Below, piece by piece: positions 5,152 to 5,842 of a DNA stretch of 5,842 nucleotides; positions within the stretch are counted from its first letter, which is position 1, and the number at the start of each line of letters is the position of its first letter. The position numbers and the translations under genes were made by a program. Source of the stretch: Escherichia coli (lineage in GTDB: Bacteria > Pseudomonadota > Gammaproteobacteria > Enterobacterales > Enterobacteriaceae); assembly GCF_003334405.1 (NCBI RefSeq), contig NZ_QOWM01000032.1; one strand, 5' to 3'. Under the pieces are notes generated by a model. It worked only from the letters and a program-made list of their open reading frames with translations, made no database searches and was not told the DNA's origin.

Positions 5152-5842
5152 ATGAGACTTTTTATCGCAGAGAAACCCGCAGTAGCAAATGATATTGTTA
5201 AGGCACTTGGAGGCAATTTTACCCGCCATGATGGCTGGTTTGAAAGTGATAACGCAATTGTGACTAACTGTTTTGGTCATATTATCGAATCACAGCCACC
5301 GGAAAACTATAATCCCGAATACAAAGCCTGGAAGGTTGAAACGCTTCCTTTACGTCTTTATCCCGTGAAGTATCAGCCTGTTGAAAGTGCAGCAAAACAG
5401 GTTAAAACGATTCTCGAACTTATCAGACGTGGAGACGTGACTGAAATTGTTCACGCTGGCGATCCTGATGATGAGGGACAGCTACTTGTTGATGAAGTCC
5501 TGGAATATGCCGGCAACACAAAACCCGTAAAGCGCGTTCTGATTAACGACAACACGCTTCCGGCAGTGAAAAAGGCGCTGGCAAATCTTAAAGATAATCG
5601 TGATTTCAAAGGGCTTTACCTTAAGGCGCTGGCGCGTTCAGTTGCCGATGCCGTCTATGGCTTCTCCATGACGCGTGCTTACACCATTCCTGCAAAAGCC
5701 AGAGGATATCAGGGCGTTCTGTCTGTCGGGCGCGTCCAGACTCCCGTTCTTGGCCTGATTGTGAATCGTACCCGTGCTAACCAGAACCATAAATCCAGTT
5801 TTTACTACACCATGACCGGAGTTTTTCAGCGTGGTGCTGATG
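5152..5842 (+). CDS. topB: DNA topoisomerase III (type IA), 3'-partial. The N-terminal TOPRIM domain is present and the ORF runs off the window end.
   Basis: SD AAGGA 5140-5144, ATG 5152. Translation [19 protein letters not shown]...[20 protein letters not shown]...[19 protein letters not shown] is near-collinear with E. coli TopB ([19 protein letters not shown]...[20 protein letters not shown]...[19 protein letters not shown]). Open to the window end in frame 1. Confidence 0.93.
   Translation, partial: [230 protein letters not shown]

Noticed and set aside
5152-5842. Assigning the element to a specific incompatibility group or ICE family (IncI2-like, IncX-like, ICEHin-like).
   Set aside because: Gene content is suggestive (VirD4-type T4CP, nuc, topB, about 40% GC), but the order does not match any arrangement I can recall with confidence. 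I left it unassigned rather than guess.

Overview
The window is a run of same-strand, tightly packed genes from what looks like the backbone of a conjugative element (plasmid or ICE), and it is AT-rich (about 40% GC by eye). It opens inside a VirD4/TraG-family type IV coupling protein (T4CP) gene, whose N-terminus lies upstream of the window. Its Walker A motif, GAGTRAGKGAG, followed by IILDPKRE, and its Walker B-like motif, LLDEFPSIG, are both readable. It closes inside a DNA topoisomerase III (topB) gene with a clear N-terminal TOPRIM domain that is very close to enterobacterial TopB. Between these two backbone genes sit about 3.3 kb of small genes, most encoding envelope-targeted proteins: an outer-membrane-type lipoprotein immediately after the T4CP (putative entry-exclusion-like); an overlapping Sec-signal Cys-containing small protein; an 85-aa protein whose ORF begins with an A9 tract; a stem-loop in the only sizeable intergenic gap; a 2-TM membrane protein translationally coupled (ATGA overlap) to a signal-peptide-bearing staphylococcal-nuclease-family thermonuclease; a strongly acidic zinc-ribbon protein; a 70-aa 2-TM protein with a perfect Shine-Dalgarno; and a 191-aa Cys/His-rich orphan coupled to topB. 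No RNA genes, IS elements or CRISPR repeats were seen. All minus-strand ORFs overlap these genes and look spurious. The most interesting candidate is the membrane-protein/exported-nuclease pair and the uncharacterised small-gene block around it. This could be a periplasmic DNA-barrier or exclusion module, or an anti-defense module, carried on the conjugation backbone. I could not assign the element to a named plasmid group from the sequence alone. IncI2- or IncX-like plasmids and RP4 are examples that encode topoisomerase III, and IncI-type plasmids carry nuc homologs.
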